Part shown: piece by piece, positions 25,401-40,075 of the stretch
How positions within the stretch are numbered: position 1 is the stretch's first letter
Layout of the letters: every line of letters starts with the position of its first letter
Origin: Pristiophorus japonicus
Taxonomy: Eukaryota
Reading direction: 5' to 3'
NCBI RefSeq assembly: GCF_044704955.1
Contig: NC_091999.1
Location: 64,666,001-64,730,000 of the forward strand
Length of the DNA stretch: 64,000 nucleotides
Translations under genes and position numbers: made by a program
The notes under the pieces: model-generated
The model's database searches: none
The model's input: only the letters and a program-made list of their open reading frames with translations
Told to the model about the DNA's origin: nothing

Positions 25401-27020
25401 AGCCCCTTTATATTCATACATATTTTCCCTTCCTATAACCTTGTGGTTTACACTTACCCGAGTGCTAATCTGCTCTGTTGCCTCCTGCCTTTTGCATTCT
25501 TTCTCGGGATCCTGTTCATCTGAGCTCTCACCCATTCTAACTAGCTCAGAGCCCTCTCCAATGTTCCGAATATTCCTTGCATTGAGGCACCGTGCTTTCA
25601 TGCTTTCCATTTTATTACCCTTTGACCCTTTAGAATTTTGCTGTATAGTGGCCCTTTTTGTTTTTTGCTTTGGGTTTCTCTGCCCTGCACTTTTACTCAT
25701 CTCCTTTCTGTCTTTTGCATTTGTTTCCTTTTTGTTTCACTATATCTCCCTGCATTGGTTCCCATCCCCCTGCAATATTAGTTTAACTCATCCACAACAG
25801 CACTAGCAAATAATCCCCCTAGGACATTGGTTCCGGTCCTGCCCAGGTGCAGACCATCTGGTTTATATTTCTCCCACCTCCCCCAGAACCGGTCCCAATG
25901 CCCCTGGAATTTGAATCCATCCCTGCTGCACCACTGCTCAAGCCACGTATTTATCTGAGCTTTCCTGTGATTCCTACTCTGACTAGCACGTGGCACTAGT
26001 AGCAATCCCGAGATTACTACTTCTGATGTCCAAATTTTAATTTAGCTCCTAGCTCCTTAAATTCGTCTCGTAGGACCTCATCCATTTTTTTACCGATATC
26101 GTTGGTACCAATGTGCACCACGACAACTGAATCTTCACCCTCCATTTTCAGAATGTCCTGCAACCACTCCGAGAGATCCTTGACCCTTGCACCAGGGAGG
26201 CAACATACCATCCTGGAGACTCGGTTGCGGCCGCAGAAACGCCTATCTATTCCACTTACAATCGAATCCCGTATCACTATCGCTCTCCCACTCCTTTCCT
26301 GCCCTCCTGTGCAGCAGCGCCAGCCACGGTGCCGTGAACTTGGCTGCTGCTGCACTCCCCTGATGAGTTATCTCCCTCAACAGTACTCAAAACGGTGTAT
26401 CTGTTTTGCAGGGGGATGACCGCAGGGGAACCCTGCACTACCTTCCTTGCACTGCTGTTCCTGCTGGTCTTCCATTCCCGAGCTGGCTGTGGACCCTTCA
26501 CCTGCGGTAAGACCAACTCGCTACATGTGCTACTCACGTCATTCTCAGCATCATGGATGCTCCTGAGTGAATCCACCCTCAGCTCCAATTCCACAACGCG
26601 GACCGTCAGGAGCTGGAGGCGGATACACTTCCCGCACGCGGAGTCGTCAGGGACAGCGGAAGTGTCCCTGAGTTCCCACATGGTACAGAAGGAGCATATC
26701 ACGTGACCGAGCTTTCCTGCCATGATTTAACCCTGAGATACACTTAAATTGGCAACAACAATGCTAAAGATTACTCGCTGTTAAATAAGAGAAAAAATAA
26801 AATGTACTCAGCCAATCACTTACCCCCTTGGCTGTGACGTCACCGTTCTATTTCTTTCGACTTCTTTTTTGCCTTCTCCCTGCAGCTGCACCAGCTGGCC
26901 TCTCGCCGAGCCCGGAACTCCCGCCTCTACGACGCACCTCGCGCCGCTCCTGGTCTCACTGGACTTTATAGGCCTCTCGCCGATCCCGGAACTCCCGCCT
27001 CGTCAACGCACCTCCTGGTC
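22459..27020 (-). mobile_element. Near full-length CR1 LINE (degraded)
   Basis: 5' UTR with CCAAT/CRE; ORF1 zinc-finger/leucine zipper (CSFC...CGKC) plus SGNH-esterase-like domain (VVVHIGTNDIG); ORF2 endonuclease and RT ([20 protein letters not shown]); (TTCTTATG)n tail at 22459. Confidence 0.93.
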
Positions 27021-28314
27021 CTACAAAGATAATTATTGGCGTAGGTGGAAGGAAAAATTGTTCTTAACGTAGAAACCTCTATTTATTTTTGTTAATTACT
27101 GTCAGCAACACAAGCAACTTTTGATTGATGTGGCATTATTTCGGTGCCACTTTAGTTGAATGGACATGTAAATCTTGGAACAATCTTCCAGAGATGGATT
27201 GACACTGAGAGACAGGTCTGCAGTTGAGCAATTCCCTGCACGTTGCTCTAATTAGTGGCATACTCTGTTAAAGTTTACTAACTCACACTTATTTTGTCCC
27301 GTACGGATTGGTCCTAGGTTTTCACAGTTAAGAATTGTTTTTACTGCAGTATTTTCTATTTGCTTTTGCGGAACCCACTGATTGTGTTCAACAGAGTCTG
27401 GAACGTGACGTCACAGGACCGCCAGATGGGCGACCACAGGGTATATCCACAGCAACACCAGCCCTTATTTGGTGAAGAGGAATTACTGAAAACAGCACTC
27501 ACAAAGTGCTTGCTGTATGTGTGTACAAATCATATCATTCGCAATATATGCAAGCACATGCCAAAAGATATATGATTATATTCACCAAATATTTTTCTTA
27601 ATTTTGTAGCTACGGATCGTTTAATATCTTTAACTTTTATTGGTAACCCATTGTCTTGTTTCTAATGTGATGTCACAAAGACCATTCCGTAAATGAAGCC
27701 CGCATGCCTGTCCACAGTCTTCAGTGTGAAAGGGAAGTCAATCACACCGAGGGTAATTAGCAACTACCCAACAGTCTCTGCACTTTATTGTCCAGTGATC
27801 ACCTCACCATCACATTTAAACCTCCTGATATTTTATTCGAGAATGTGATGATTGGTGCAAATTATGGTAAATATGAAAATAACCTATGCCTGATGTGACG
27901 TAAATAAATATGTCATTTTCTGATTCATTATAACCTTCATTTGGAAAGGAATGAAACGCATGCTACTTCCCAGAGAACTTACACTATTTTAATTTCCAAA
28001 GTCTTCTTTTTTTTAATGCTACCTTCACTGTTTCGTCACAAACATCTTCGAACATTTTTTGGATTGGCCTGGTGCAGTGATAACTGAGGCAGATCCAGGT
28101 TAAAATTGGAAGAAACAGTTCTTTCTGTAATAATAATAGAAACAATATATTGTGCAATAATAACTGAAAGAGGTGATAGTGTATCAATAACTGCTATAAC
28201 AATTCCAGAAAACTACTCCATTGAATACAACAGAGCCAATCTCTCGAGTTATAATAGCGGCGTGCATTTGACCTAACATTACAGGGGAAAGTCATTTTAA
28301 AATAATAGCAGAGC

Positions 28315-31150
28315 GTGTGTGTATCCCAAAGCTGTTAAGAGAAGCAAAGGAGGAAATAGCAGAGGCTCTGACCATCATTTCCCAATCCTCTTTGGCTACA
28401 GGTGTGGTGCCAGAGGACTGGAGGACTGCTAATGTTGTACCTGTTGTTTAAAAAGGAGAAAGTGATAGACCGAGTAATTACAGGTCAGCCAGCCTAACCT
28501 CAGTGGTGGGAAAATGATTGGAACAAATCCTGAAGGACAGGATATATCTTCAATTGGAAAGATATAGAATAATCAAGGACAGTCTGCATGGGTTTGCCAA
28601 GGGAAGGGCATGTCAGACTAATTTGATTGTATTTTTCGAGGAGGTAACCAGGATGGTCGATGCTGGCAGTGCATATGGTGTCGTGCATATGGATTTTAGC
28701 AAAGCATTAGATAAGGTCCCACATTGCAGAATAGTCACGAATGTAAAAGCCCATGGGACCCAGTGCAAAGGGCAAGTTGAATCCAAAATTGGCTCAGAGG
28801 CAGGAAGCAAAAGGTAAAGTTTCATGGGTGTTTTGTGATTGGAAGGCTGTTTCCAGTGGGGTTCTGCAGGGCTCAGTGCTGGATACATTGCTTTTTGTTC
28901 TATATATATATATATGACTTGAACGTGAGTGTTGGGGGTATGATTAAGAAGTTTGCAGTTGTCACTAAAATAGTCTGTGTGGTTGATAAAAAGAAGAAAG
29001 CTGCGGACTGCAGGAAAATGTCAATGTACTGGTCAGGTGGATAGAACAGTGGCAAATTGAACCAATCCGGATAAGTGTGAGGTTATGCATTTAGGGATGT
29101 CTAACAAGGCAAAGCAATAGACATTTAGTGGTACGATACTGGAAAGTGTAGAGGAACAAAGGGACCTGGGAGTGCAGGTCCACAGTTCCCTGTAGGTAGC
29201 AGGTCAGGTAGATAAGGTGATTATGAAGACATTTTGAATACTTGTTTATATTAGTCAAGGCACAGAATAGTAGATCAAGGAGTTATCCTTGAACTGTATA
29301 AATACACTGGTTAGGCTGCAGCTGGAATACCGTGACCAGTTCTGGTCGCCACATTACACGGAAGATTTAATTGCAGATGAGATTTACAAGAATGTTGCCT
29401 GGACTGGAGGATTTTGGCTATGATAAAAGATTGGAGATGCCAGATGTGTTTGCTTTGGAACAGAGGAGGCTGAGGGGAAACCTGATTGAGGTGTATTAAA
29501 TTATGAGGGGCCTGGAGAGAATGGATAGGAAATACCTGGTTCCCTTGGCAGAGGGGTCAACAACCAGAGGGCATAGATTTAAAGTAAATGGGCGGAAATT
29601 TAGAGGAGATATGAGGGGAAATTTCTTCACCCAGAGGGTGGTGGGGATCTGGGGCGGAACTCACTGCCTGAAAGGGTGGTAGAGGCAGAAAGCCTCAACA
29701 CATTAAAAAGTACTTAGATGTGCACTTGAAGTGCCGTAACCTGCAGGGCTACGGACCAACAGCTGGAAAGTGGGATTAGGCTGGATAGCTCTTAATCGGT
29801 TGATGCGGACATGATAGGCTGAAATGGCCTCCTTCTGTGCTGTAAATTTGTACGATTCTACGATTCTGCTACATTATCGAATATTAACTTTACACAAATG
29901 CCAAGCAAAGTGGTAATCCATAGGACTGGGAGACTGAGAGAAAAATAGAACATGAGTCAAAGAAAATATTAAGAACTGTAAAAACAGAATACCACACAGT
30001 TGGAAGTAATTGTAAGGCTACAGTAAAATCTTTGATGAGTATATTAACAGTAAGACAGTGTCGAAGCGAGTTTAGGCCAACTAAATACCCACATAGCTAA
30101 TATTGTTGAAGAATGGAATGGTAGATTATTAAACCATTGCTATATATACGTTTTCACAGTACACGAAGAGGATAAAATATAAGGTAATGGAACGCAGAAT
30201 AAAACACATAAAAGAGGCCGGAATGATTGAACTCTTTCTTTTTATTAAAGAGAAAATTGGTAATGGAGTAAATAATAGGACTTAGAATAGATAAATCCGC
30301 AAGGGCGGGTGGATTTCACCCAGCATATTAGGAGAAGTCGTTGAGGAAATTGCAGATGTGTTAGTCAAAATCTTGCTACGCTCTCTTGATTCGGGAAGTG
30401 TGTAGTTAGATTGGAAACTTGCTAATATCACTCCATTATTTAAGAAGGGTGGGACAACGAACCAGGGCACTACAGACCTGTCAGTTTAATGTCAGTTGCG
30501 GTGAAGTTGCTAGATTCTGTTATTTTGGCTGAGTGACTGAGCCCATCACCGTATATCAGCTGATCAGAGAGAGCCAGCCGGGCCTTGTGGAGTGTAAGTC
30601 ATGTCTGAATAATCAAGTACAATTTTTTGAGGAGGTCACTAATAAGCTAAGCTTTTGTGTGCCTATTGATGTTAACTATATGGACTTCCCGAAAGCATTT
30701 CACTATGTTCTACACAAAAGATTCTAGCCAACGGGACGATACAGAGAATGGGAATAAAGGATATGTACTCAGATAGATACGATCTGATAAGTGGCGTTCC
30801 CCAGGGATCTGTTCTGGAAACTCAACTTCTCGCCATATTTAATAAATACTTGGCTAATGGAGTAGAGAGTAGCACATCCAAGTCTACAGATGGCACGAAT
30901 TGTGATGGACAGTAAGTATTAAAAATGGGGGCAGATCGTTTCAAAGGGACAGAGACAGATTAAGTGAATTGAACAAAACTATGCCAAAGGCCATCGCAAG
31001 TGTGAGGTGAACCATTTTGTATCCAAGAAAAATACATCGTAGAATTTTCTAAATGCTGATAAAGTAGAAACAGTAAAGGAACAAATATATGTGGGAGTCC
31101 AAGTACACCAAGTATTAAAAGCTAGTAATCAAATAGGCTATTGTAATATT
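28315..31150 (+). mobile_element. Two adjacent CR1 LINE fragments (about 28315-29865 and older about 29900-31150)
   Basis: HGFAKGRACQTNLIVFFEEVT, MDFSKALDKVPH; second copy has YMDFPKAF. Confidence 0.8.
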
Positions 31151-32999
31151 GCTCTATATTAAATAGAATTACAATGGTACAGCACGGAAACAGGCCGATA
31201 GGTAACTGACGGTATTTATTCTCCACATGAAACTCTTCTAACCTTACTTCACTCATCCTATCAACATACTATTTCTATTACTATCACCCTCATGTACTCG
31301 AGATTACCCGTAAATGTATCAATTTTATTCACCACAACCATGCCATATTGTAGCGAGTTCCCCATTCTCACCACTCGCTGAGTAAATTATTTTTTTCTGA
31401 ATTCATATTTGATTTATTAGTGGCTGTCATATTTATAGCTTCTTGTTTTCCACTCCCCACAAGTGGAGACAATTTAGAAGACTAAGAAACATGGAAACGC
31501 CTGGTTAATACTTTTTATTAAATCAATTGAATAAGGTGCAACCCCTTACATGCAATGCATTTGAGATATAGGTGCCAATACTACATATCAAGGACTCCTT
31601 CAGGATAAAAGATACCCATGAGCTCAAGTGTGTTTTATCTATTATATGTTTATGTCGGACAAATGTGTGAACCAGAGGACATCGTATTCTGTGTGTATGT
31701 AGTTGATAGGTAAGCTTGGTTATCGGTAAGATTAGATATTACCATTTGCAGTGAATGGCTATGATGTTTTAGGCTGTTTGCAACATAAGGACATTATACA
31801 CATGAGTCAGCCTTTGAAGCCTTAACCCTTCCCTTAGATCCAGAACACAAGCCTATTCATACTGTTCCCTGCCCCACATTATTAACTGATTTTCTACACA
31901 CGTAGCATATTTGTGTTCGCTCTGCATATATGGTTCATGATGTACTCTCTCCAATACTTCAGGCCTGACTTTGTCTAACCATTTCAGAATAAGTAATATC
32001 ATTTGGATATATATTTTTAAAACTGACTATGGCTATTCTCCCTGCTGCACTTAAACTTACATCAAGGTTCTTCACAACTGAGGCAGAACGTCTTCTCCTT
32101 TGTAAGTCAGCTCCATTAAGTGCCTCTTGTACCTTCTATCACCTTTAAATTAATTGTGTACTTCACTCTTAAATCTATTTTCTCCTCTATTTCCCACGAT
32201 TTTCAACAATCTGTGCCAGTATTCCAGAGGCCACCAAATAGTGGGAAGGAGATAGAGGAGCGAATTAGGTGGCACATTACATAAACAGGCAACAGTAGTG
32301 ATAATGGGGGACTTTAATTAACCCGAACGTAGACTGGGGTGGTAACAGTGCAAATTGCACCAAGCGGGAGGAATAATTGCAATGGGTAGAAGATAACTTT
32401 CTTAATCAATATGTTTCCAGCCTCTCGGGAAAGGGAGCAATGCTCGATCGAGTTCTGGAGCAAGTGGTGAACTTTTCATTTGTAGACCATTTGGGGAACA
32501 GTCACCATCAGGTTGAGAATAGTTATGGAAAAGGATAAAGTACAGTGATGCTTAACTGGACGAGAGCTATCTTCAGTGACTTGAAAAGGGATCTTGTCCA
32601 GGTGGATTGGAATAAAAACTTGTAAGGCAAAACAGTAATTGAAAAATGGGGGTTGGGGGGAGTGGCGGTCCTTAAAGAAGATATGGTTGGAATAGAGAGA
32701 AGACACTTTCCCACGATGGGTGAAGGAAGGGGATGGAAAGCTAGAGGTTGCTGGTGAAAAAATTAATAGATCTGGAATTTGCGAACAGAGGTGTACTTCC
32801 GGACTACGCCACCGAACGTACAAAAATAATCCCCATTTACCTTTCGGCTCCTTGGCTTCGTAGACTTCGGGTCCTGGGCCTGCAAGCGTTACGGGGCATC
32901 GCTGGAATCACGTGGCCCAGTGCTCCAATCACGGAGGAGAGTTCTAAATATGGTTATGCAGATTCTATATACGAACAGAATCCTATAAGCCTAAGAATA

Positions 33000-35140
33000 A
33001 TAAGAACATAAAAACATTAACAATAGGAACAAGAGTACGCCATACGACCCCTCGAGCCTGCCCCGCCATTCAATACGATCATGGCTGATCTGATCATGTA
33101 CTCAGCTCCATTTCCCCGCCCGCTCCCCATAACCCTTTAACCACTTATCGATTAAGAAACTGTCTATTTCTGTCTTAAATTTATTCATTATCCCAGCTTC
33201 CACAACTCTCTGAGGCAGCGAATTCCACAGATTCACAAGCCTCTGAGGGAAGAAATTTCTCCTCAACTCTGTTTTAAATGGGCGGCACCTTATTCTAAGA
33301 TCATGCCCTCGAATTCGAATCTCCCCCATCAGTGGAAACATCCTCTCTGCATCCACCCTGTCAAGCCCCCTCATAACCTTATACGTTTCGATAAGATCAC
33401 CTCTCATTCTTCTGAATTCCAATGCACAGAGGCCAAACCTACTCAACCTTTCGTCAAAAGTCAACCTCCTCATCCGGAATCAACCTCGTGAACATTCTCT
33501 GAACTGCCTCCAAAGCAAGTATATCCTTTCGTAAATGTGGAAACCAAAACTGCACGCAGTATTCCAGGTGTGGCCTCACCAATACATTGTATAACTGTAG
33601 CAAGAATTCCCTGCTTTTATACTCCATTCCCTTTGCAATAAAGGCTAAGATTCAATCGGCCTTCCTTATCACTTGCTGTAGCTGCATATTATCCTTTTGT
33701 GTTTCATGCAGAAGTACCCCCAGGTCCCGCTGTACTGCGGCACTTTGCAATCTTTCTCCATTTAAATAATAACTTGCTCTTTGAATTTTTCTGCCAAAGT
33801 GCATGATCACACACTTTTCAACATTATGCTCCATCTGCCAAATGTTTGCCCAATCAAGTAGCCTGTGTATGTCCCTTTGCAGATTTTTTGTGTCCTTCTC
33901 ACACATTGCTTTTCCTCCCAATTTGTATCGTCAGCAAACTTGGCTACGTTGAACTCAGTCCCTTCTTCGAAGTCGTTAAATAGATTGTAAATATTTGGGT
34001 TCCCAGCACTGATCCCTGTGCCACCCCATTAGTTATTGGTTGCCAACCAGAGAATGAACCATTATCCCGACTCGCTGTTCTCTGTTAGTTAGCCAATCCT
34101 CTATCTATGCTAATATATTACCCCCAACTCCGTGAACTTTTATTTTGTGCAGTAACCTTTTATGTGGCACCTTGACAAATGCCTTCTGGAAGTCCAAATA
34201 CACCACATCCACTGGTTCCCCTTTATCCACCCTGTTGTTACATCCTCAAAGAACTTCAGCAAATTTGTCAAACATGACTTGCCCTTCATAAATCCATGCT
34301 GACTCTGCCTGACCGAATTTTGTTCTTTCAAATGTCCTGCTACTGCTTCTTTAATAATGCACTCCCACATTTTACCAACCACAGATGTTAGGCCAACTGG
34401 TCTGTAGTTTCCTGCTTTTTGTCTGCTTCCTTTTTTAAATAGGGGCATTACATTTGCAGTTTTCCAATCTGCTGGGACCTCCCCAGAATCCAGGGAGCTT
34501 TGGCAAATTTCAAGTAATGCATCCACTATCTCTGCCGTTACTTTTTTAAGACCCGAGGATGCAAGCCATCAGGTCCAGGAATTTATCTGCTTTTAGTCCC
34601 ATTATCTACCTGAATACTACCTCCTTTGTGATTGTGATTGTGTTAAGTTCCTCCCCCTCTATAGCCCCTAGACTATCCACTGTCGGAATATTATTAGTGT
34701 TCCCTACCATAAAGACTGATACAAAATATTTGTTCAAAGCTTCTGCCATCTCCATGTTCCCCATTAGTAATACCCTGGTCTCGTCCTCTAAGCGACCAAC
34801 ATTTACTTTAGGCACCCTTTTCCTTTTTATAAAGCTAGAGAAACTCTTGTTATCTGTGTTTATAGTTTGCGCTAGTTTACTTTCATCGTCTATCTTTCCT
34901 TTCTTAATCATTTTTGTAGTCATATTTTGCTGGCTTTTAAAAGCTTCACAATCTTCTGTCGTACAACTAGTTTTGCCCACTTTGTATGCCCATGTTTTTA
35001 TTTGGATACCATCTTTTATTTCTTTAGTTAGCCACAGATGACTATCTTTTCACTTTCACTCTTTTCTCCTCACTGGAATATATTTTTCCTGAGATTTGTG
35101 AAATATCTCCTTAAATGTACACCATCAACCGCCCTACACT
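33000..35140 (-). mobile_element. CR1 LINE 3' half
   Basis: NYRPVGLTSVVGK, QHGFMKGKSCLTNLL; tail near 33000. Confidence 0.92.
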
Positions 35141-35844
35141 TTAATCCCAAAATAATTAAATTAATTACACAATTTGAATAAAAAGAAATGTTTTCATATT
35201 CAACTTTAATTAATAGCCCCTTCATTAGAGTTTATAAAATAATAGTGTACTTTTTGAAAAATAATTTTATACATTTTTATTATGAGCGACAATATGAATC
35301 TTAAACTTTTCTGCATGATTTGATTTAATTTTTATTGTTTAATTGAAGATTTATATTATTCATTACGCCGGTGAATGCAGGCCCTACGTCTTCTTATACC
35401 AGGTGTAAGGAATTGGTGGGCGGTGTACACTGTGCGCAGCATGGATACATAATTGGCTGAGGAACAGAAGAAGAGAGTAGTGGTGAAAGCTTGTATTTGG
35501 ACCGGAGTGGGGGTGCGGTGTTGTGGGGGGTGGGGATGCTGTTCCCCAGCGGCCAATATTAGGGTAACAGCTCATTCTGTTGATATTAAAGAACTGGACT
35601 TGGGCATAATGTCCAAGTTGCAGTTAAACGACAGACGAAAATGCAGTAAACAATGATCAGGATGTTAAAAGTCTTCATGAGGTCACACACTTAATGGTCA
35701 AATGGGCAGACACGTGGTAGATGACATTTAATGCAGAGGAGTATGAAGTGATACATGTTGCCAGGAAGAATTAGAAGAGGCAATACGAGCTACAACTTTA
35801 AAGTGAGTGCACAAACATAGAGATCTGACTAAGTTGACACAGTT

Positions 35845-36270
35845 TCAGCTATGGCACAGTTGTTCACACTCTGAGTCAGTGGGTTGACGTCTCACACCAA
35901 AGAATTGAGCACAAAAATCTCGGCTGATACTCCAATGCAGTAATGACGGAGTGCTGCATTTTCGGAGGGGCAGTCTTTCGGATGAGACTTTAAACCGAGG
36001 CACCGCCTGCCCTCCCATATAGACGTGAAAGATGCTGTGATGCAATTTCGAAAAAGAGCAGGGGAGTGATCCCCAGTGTCCTAGCCAATATTTAACCCTC
36101 AATCTGCATAACTTCAAAAAAATAGATACTCCTCATTATCACATTGTTGGTGTAAATTGGCTGCCGCCAATTGACTGCATTACAACAGTGACTACACTTC
36201 ACAAAATACTTCATTGTAAAGGGCTTTCGGACGCGAATAGTCGTGAAAGGGGCGATATAAATGCAAGCCT
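35845..36270 (+). mobile_element. Deu-domain-type SINE inserted in old CR1 fragments
   Basis: Head followed by GGAGTGCTGCA...CTTTCGGATGAGACTTTAAACCGAGG core and CATTACAACAGTGACTACACTTCA tail, shared with other SINE copies in the window. Confidence 0.7.
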
Positions 36271-38709
36271 TTTAAATATCTTTGAATGTGGCAAGACAAA
36301 TTGAGAAGGCTGTTCGAAAGCTTATGGAATCCAAGTCCTTATTACGAGAGGAAGTTATGCTAAATATTTATAAAAAACGAGATCGGCCTCAACTGGAGTG
36401 TAGCGTTCATTTCTGGGCACCTCAATTTAGCAATGGTGCCAGGACCTTGGAGGAGATTTAGTAGCACAGTACCAAGGATAAGAGACTTCAGTTATGTGGA
36501 GGGAATGGGGAAACTGAGGGTGTTTTCCTTAGAGCAGAGATCGTTACCAGAGTTTTGATCGAGGTGTTCACAATCATGAAAACTTTTGATAGAGAAAATA
36601 AGGGTAAACTATTTCCAGTAGTAGAAGAGGAAGTAACAACAAGACAGAGGTGATTTGTGTTAAAACCAGAGGTGACATGAGGCAACTTTACTTTTGCACA
36701 GAGTTATTGTGACAGATCACAGATCTCAGAGGGTGTACTGGCTGAAAAGGTGGTGTTTGCTAATTCAATATACCATTCAACAGAAAACTGGATTAAAATT
36801 GAAAGGAAACATATATACAGGGCTACGGAGAAAGAGTGGGGTAAGGCACCTACTTGGAAAGCTCTACTAAAATGCTGGACAGGTACAACATTAATCATAT
36901 AAACTAATGGAATGCTGGTCGTTGTATCTAGAATACAGGGGTTTAGACGACATGCTTCAACTGTACAACTCCCTGATTAGACCACAGAATTATGAGAGCA
37001 GTCCTGGGCACCGCTCCTTAGGATGGATATATCGGCGTTGGAGGGAGTGCAGCACAGGTTTACCAGAATAATACGCGGACAACAAGGGTTAAATTACATG
37101 GGGAGATTACACAAATTAGGGTTGCATTCTGTGCAATTTAGACGGTTAGGAGAACATTTTATAGATGTTTTCAAGATATTAAGGGGCCCAGATCGGGGAG
37201 ATGGAACAAAGCTATTTTCGCTAATTGGTGAGTCTTGGACTGCGAGACATAATCTAAAATTTAGAACAAGATCTTTTCGGAGTGAATTAGGAAACACTTC
37301 TGCACGCAAAGGGTTGTAGAATTTTGCAGCTCTTTTCTGCAAATTGAAAATAATGCTAGATCAATTGTTCATTCCAAATCTGGGATAGATATAATTTTGT
37401 TAAAGAAAGGTTTTAAGGGATTTGGGCCAAAGGGTTATAGAGTTAGGTCACAGATGAGCCATGAACTTATTTAACAGCTGAACGGTGCAAGGGCCTCAAT
37501 TTCTTAGTCCTGTTACTATGTTCATGTCATTACATTTCGTATGACCTGATCCTTTTTCTTCAACTTTTCAGAAAGTCGTCCCAGATACAATCTAGAAGTT
37601 CCTTGCCTTTACCACTTGAGCTGTTCTCGCAATCTCTGTATAAATTAAAATCTCCTATGAAAGACAGTTTATCTTTGTTACATGCTTGCCTGATCTTATA
37701 TCCCACTACTGCATCACTGCTGTCAGGAGATCTGTAGATAACTCTCTGCAGAATCTGGCTTCCTTGTCTGTTACTTTATGGGGTAGATGCTAATCGGCTT
37801 GCAGTATTGAGCTGAAGTAATAACGATCAAGGTAAGTTTGCAAAGCTTTTCAACGGGCTCTCGCAGGCCGCTCGGCTTTCGCATCAGATGTTATACCGAG
37901 GATCGGTCTGCCTGCTCAAAAACTTGTCCAACATCGTGCGGTACCTTTTGAAGAAGAGCAGGGGAGTTGTGCTGGTGCCTCTCAATCACCATAAAATCTG
38001 CGATCTATCCACAATTAGAATGCATAGTACTGGCTTGTGGTTTAATGATCTTGTAGCAATCCACACTGTTTGATATGTGGGAGGAATGCTCCTCATGGGC
38101 TCAATGGCCTTTTCCTACTCCGTGCTTTAAGATGTTAATACATTCATAGCCCATTCAACCCGGTTCTTGTTCACCATTGTTGGCAGTAGCTTTATACTCT
38201 AGATGTATTTAATTCAGTGTATTTAAATTCCACAGCTGCCGTGGGGGGATTTGAACTTCCCATTGGCAGTAGGGTCCCGTTGCTGAAAGGGTTATGAGAA
38301 AAGTTCAGGCAATGCTGGATTACTTGACCTTTACATGAGGCGAATGTATAAGCGGCATAGGGGAGGTTAAACCCGAGCTCTAGTTCAAGTTAAACCTCGA
38401 CTGCAGAATAATGAGACCCAGATACAAAAGGCCAGTTTAGGACTGAAGGAAGATTGGACTTCTATGCACAAATAATGACCAATCACTGGAATGGTCTTCC
38501 GGTAGGGAAGTGCAAACAAGATCTTTAAATCATACAAGACACAGTTGGAATTTCTAAGGAAAGATGAATTCACAGAATATAATTCCTATCTCACTTTTGC
38601 TTATGTCTGAACTATATCCCACATCAGCCTTGTCATTACTAATCCCAGTAACACTGACACACCCATTGGTTCATGCTCAGTGTTGTTAATCTACTCAGAT
38701 TCATAATTG

Positions 38710-40075
38710 TTGAGTCCACACCTTGAATTTTGCATTCAGTTTTGGTCTCCTAATCTGAGGAAGGACATTCTTGCTATTGAGGGAGTGCAGCGAAGGTTCA
38801 CCAGACTGATTCCCGGGATGTCAGGAGTGAAATATGAAGAAAGACTGGAACGACTCGGCTTATATTCACTAGAATTCAGGAGAATAAGAGGGGATCTCAT
38901 CGAAACATATAACATTCTGAATGGACTGGACAGGTTAGATGCATGAAGATGTTCCTGATGTTGGAGAAGTCCAGAACCAGGGGTCACAGTCTAAGGATAA
39001 GAGGCAAGCCATTTAGAAAATACATCTAGAGTATTATTTGAATGGGGAGAAATTACAACATGCTGCAGTGCAGAGGGACCTGGGGGTCATTGTGCATGAA
39101 TCCCAAAAAGTTAGTTTGCAGGTACAGCAGGTAATCAGAAAGGCAAATGGAATGTTGGTCTTCATTGCGAGAGGGATGGAGTACAAAAGCAGGGAGGTCC
39201 TGCTGCAACTGTACAGGGTATTGGCGAGGCCGCACCTGGAGTACTGCGTGCAGTTTTGGTCACCTTACTTAATAAACGATAGACTAGCTTCGGAGGGGGC
39301 ACAGAGACGATACACTAGGCTGATTTCGGAGATGAGGGGGTTACCTTATGATGATAGATTGAGTTGACTGGGTCTTCACTCGTTGGAGTTCAGAAGGATG
39401 AGGGATGATCTTATAGAAACATTTAAAATAATGAAAGAGATCGACAAGATAGAGGCAGAGAGGTTGTTTCCACTGGTCGGGGAGACTAGAACTAGGGGGC
39501 ACAGCCTCAAAATACGGGGGAGCCAATTTAAAACCGACGTTGAGAAGGAATTTCTTCTCCCAGAGGATTGTGAATCTGTGGAATTCTCTACCGAAGGAAG
39601 CAGTTGAGGCTAGCTCATTGAATGTATTGAAATCACAGATAGATAGATTTTTAACCAATAAGGGAATTAAGGGTTACGGGGAGCGGGCGGGTAAGTGGAA
39701 CTGAGTCCACGGCCAGATCAGCCATGATCTTGTTGAATGGTGGAGCAGGCTCGAGTGGTTAGATGGCCTACTCCTCTTCCTAATTCTTATGTTCTTATGT
39801 TCTTATGAGATGAGGAGAAACGTTTTCACTCGGAGAATTTTGTACCTGTGGAATTCTCTACCAAAGAAAGTTGTTGAGGCCAGTTCGTCAGATATATTCA
39901 AAAGGGAGTTAGATGTGACCCTTGTGGCTAAAGGGATTAAGGGATATGGAGAAAAAGCAGGAATGTGGTACTGAAGTTGCATGATCAGCCATGATCATAT
40001 TGAATGGTGGTGCAGGCTTGAAGGGCCGAATGGCCTACTCCTGCACCTATTTTCTATGTTTCTGTGTTTCTATGT
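38710..40075 (+). mobile_element. CR1 3' fragment carrying a nested second CR1 (about 39017-39806)
   Basis: Outer copy breaks at AAGCCATTTAG and resumes at GAGATGAGGAGAAAC after the inner (TTCTTATG)n tail. Confidence 0.88.
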
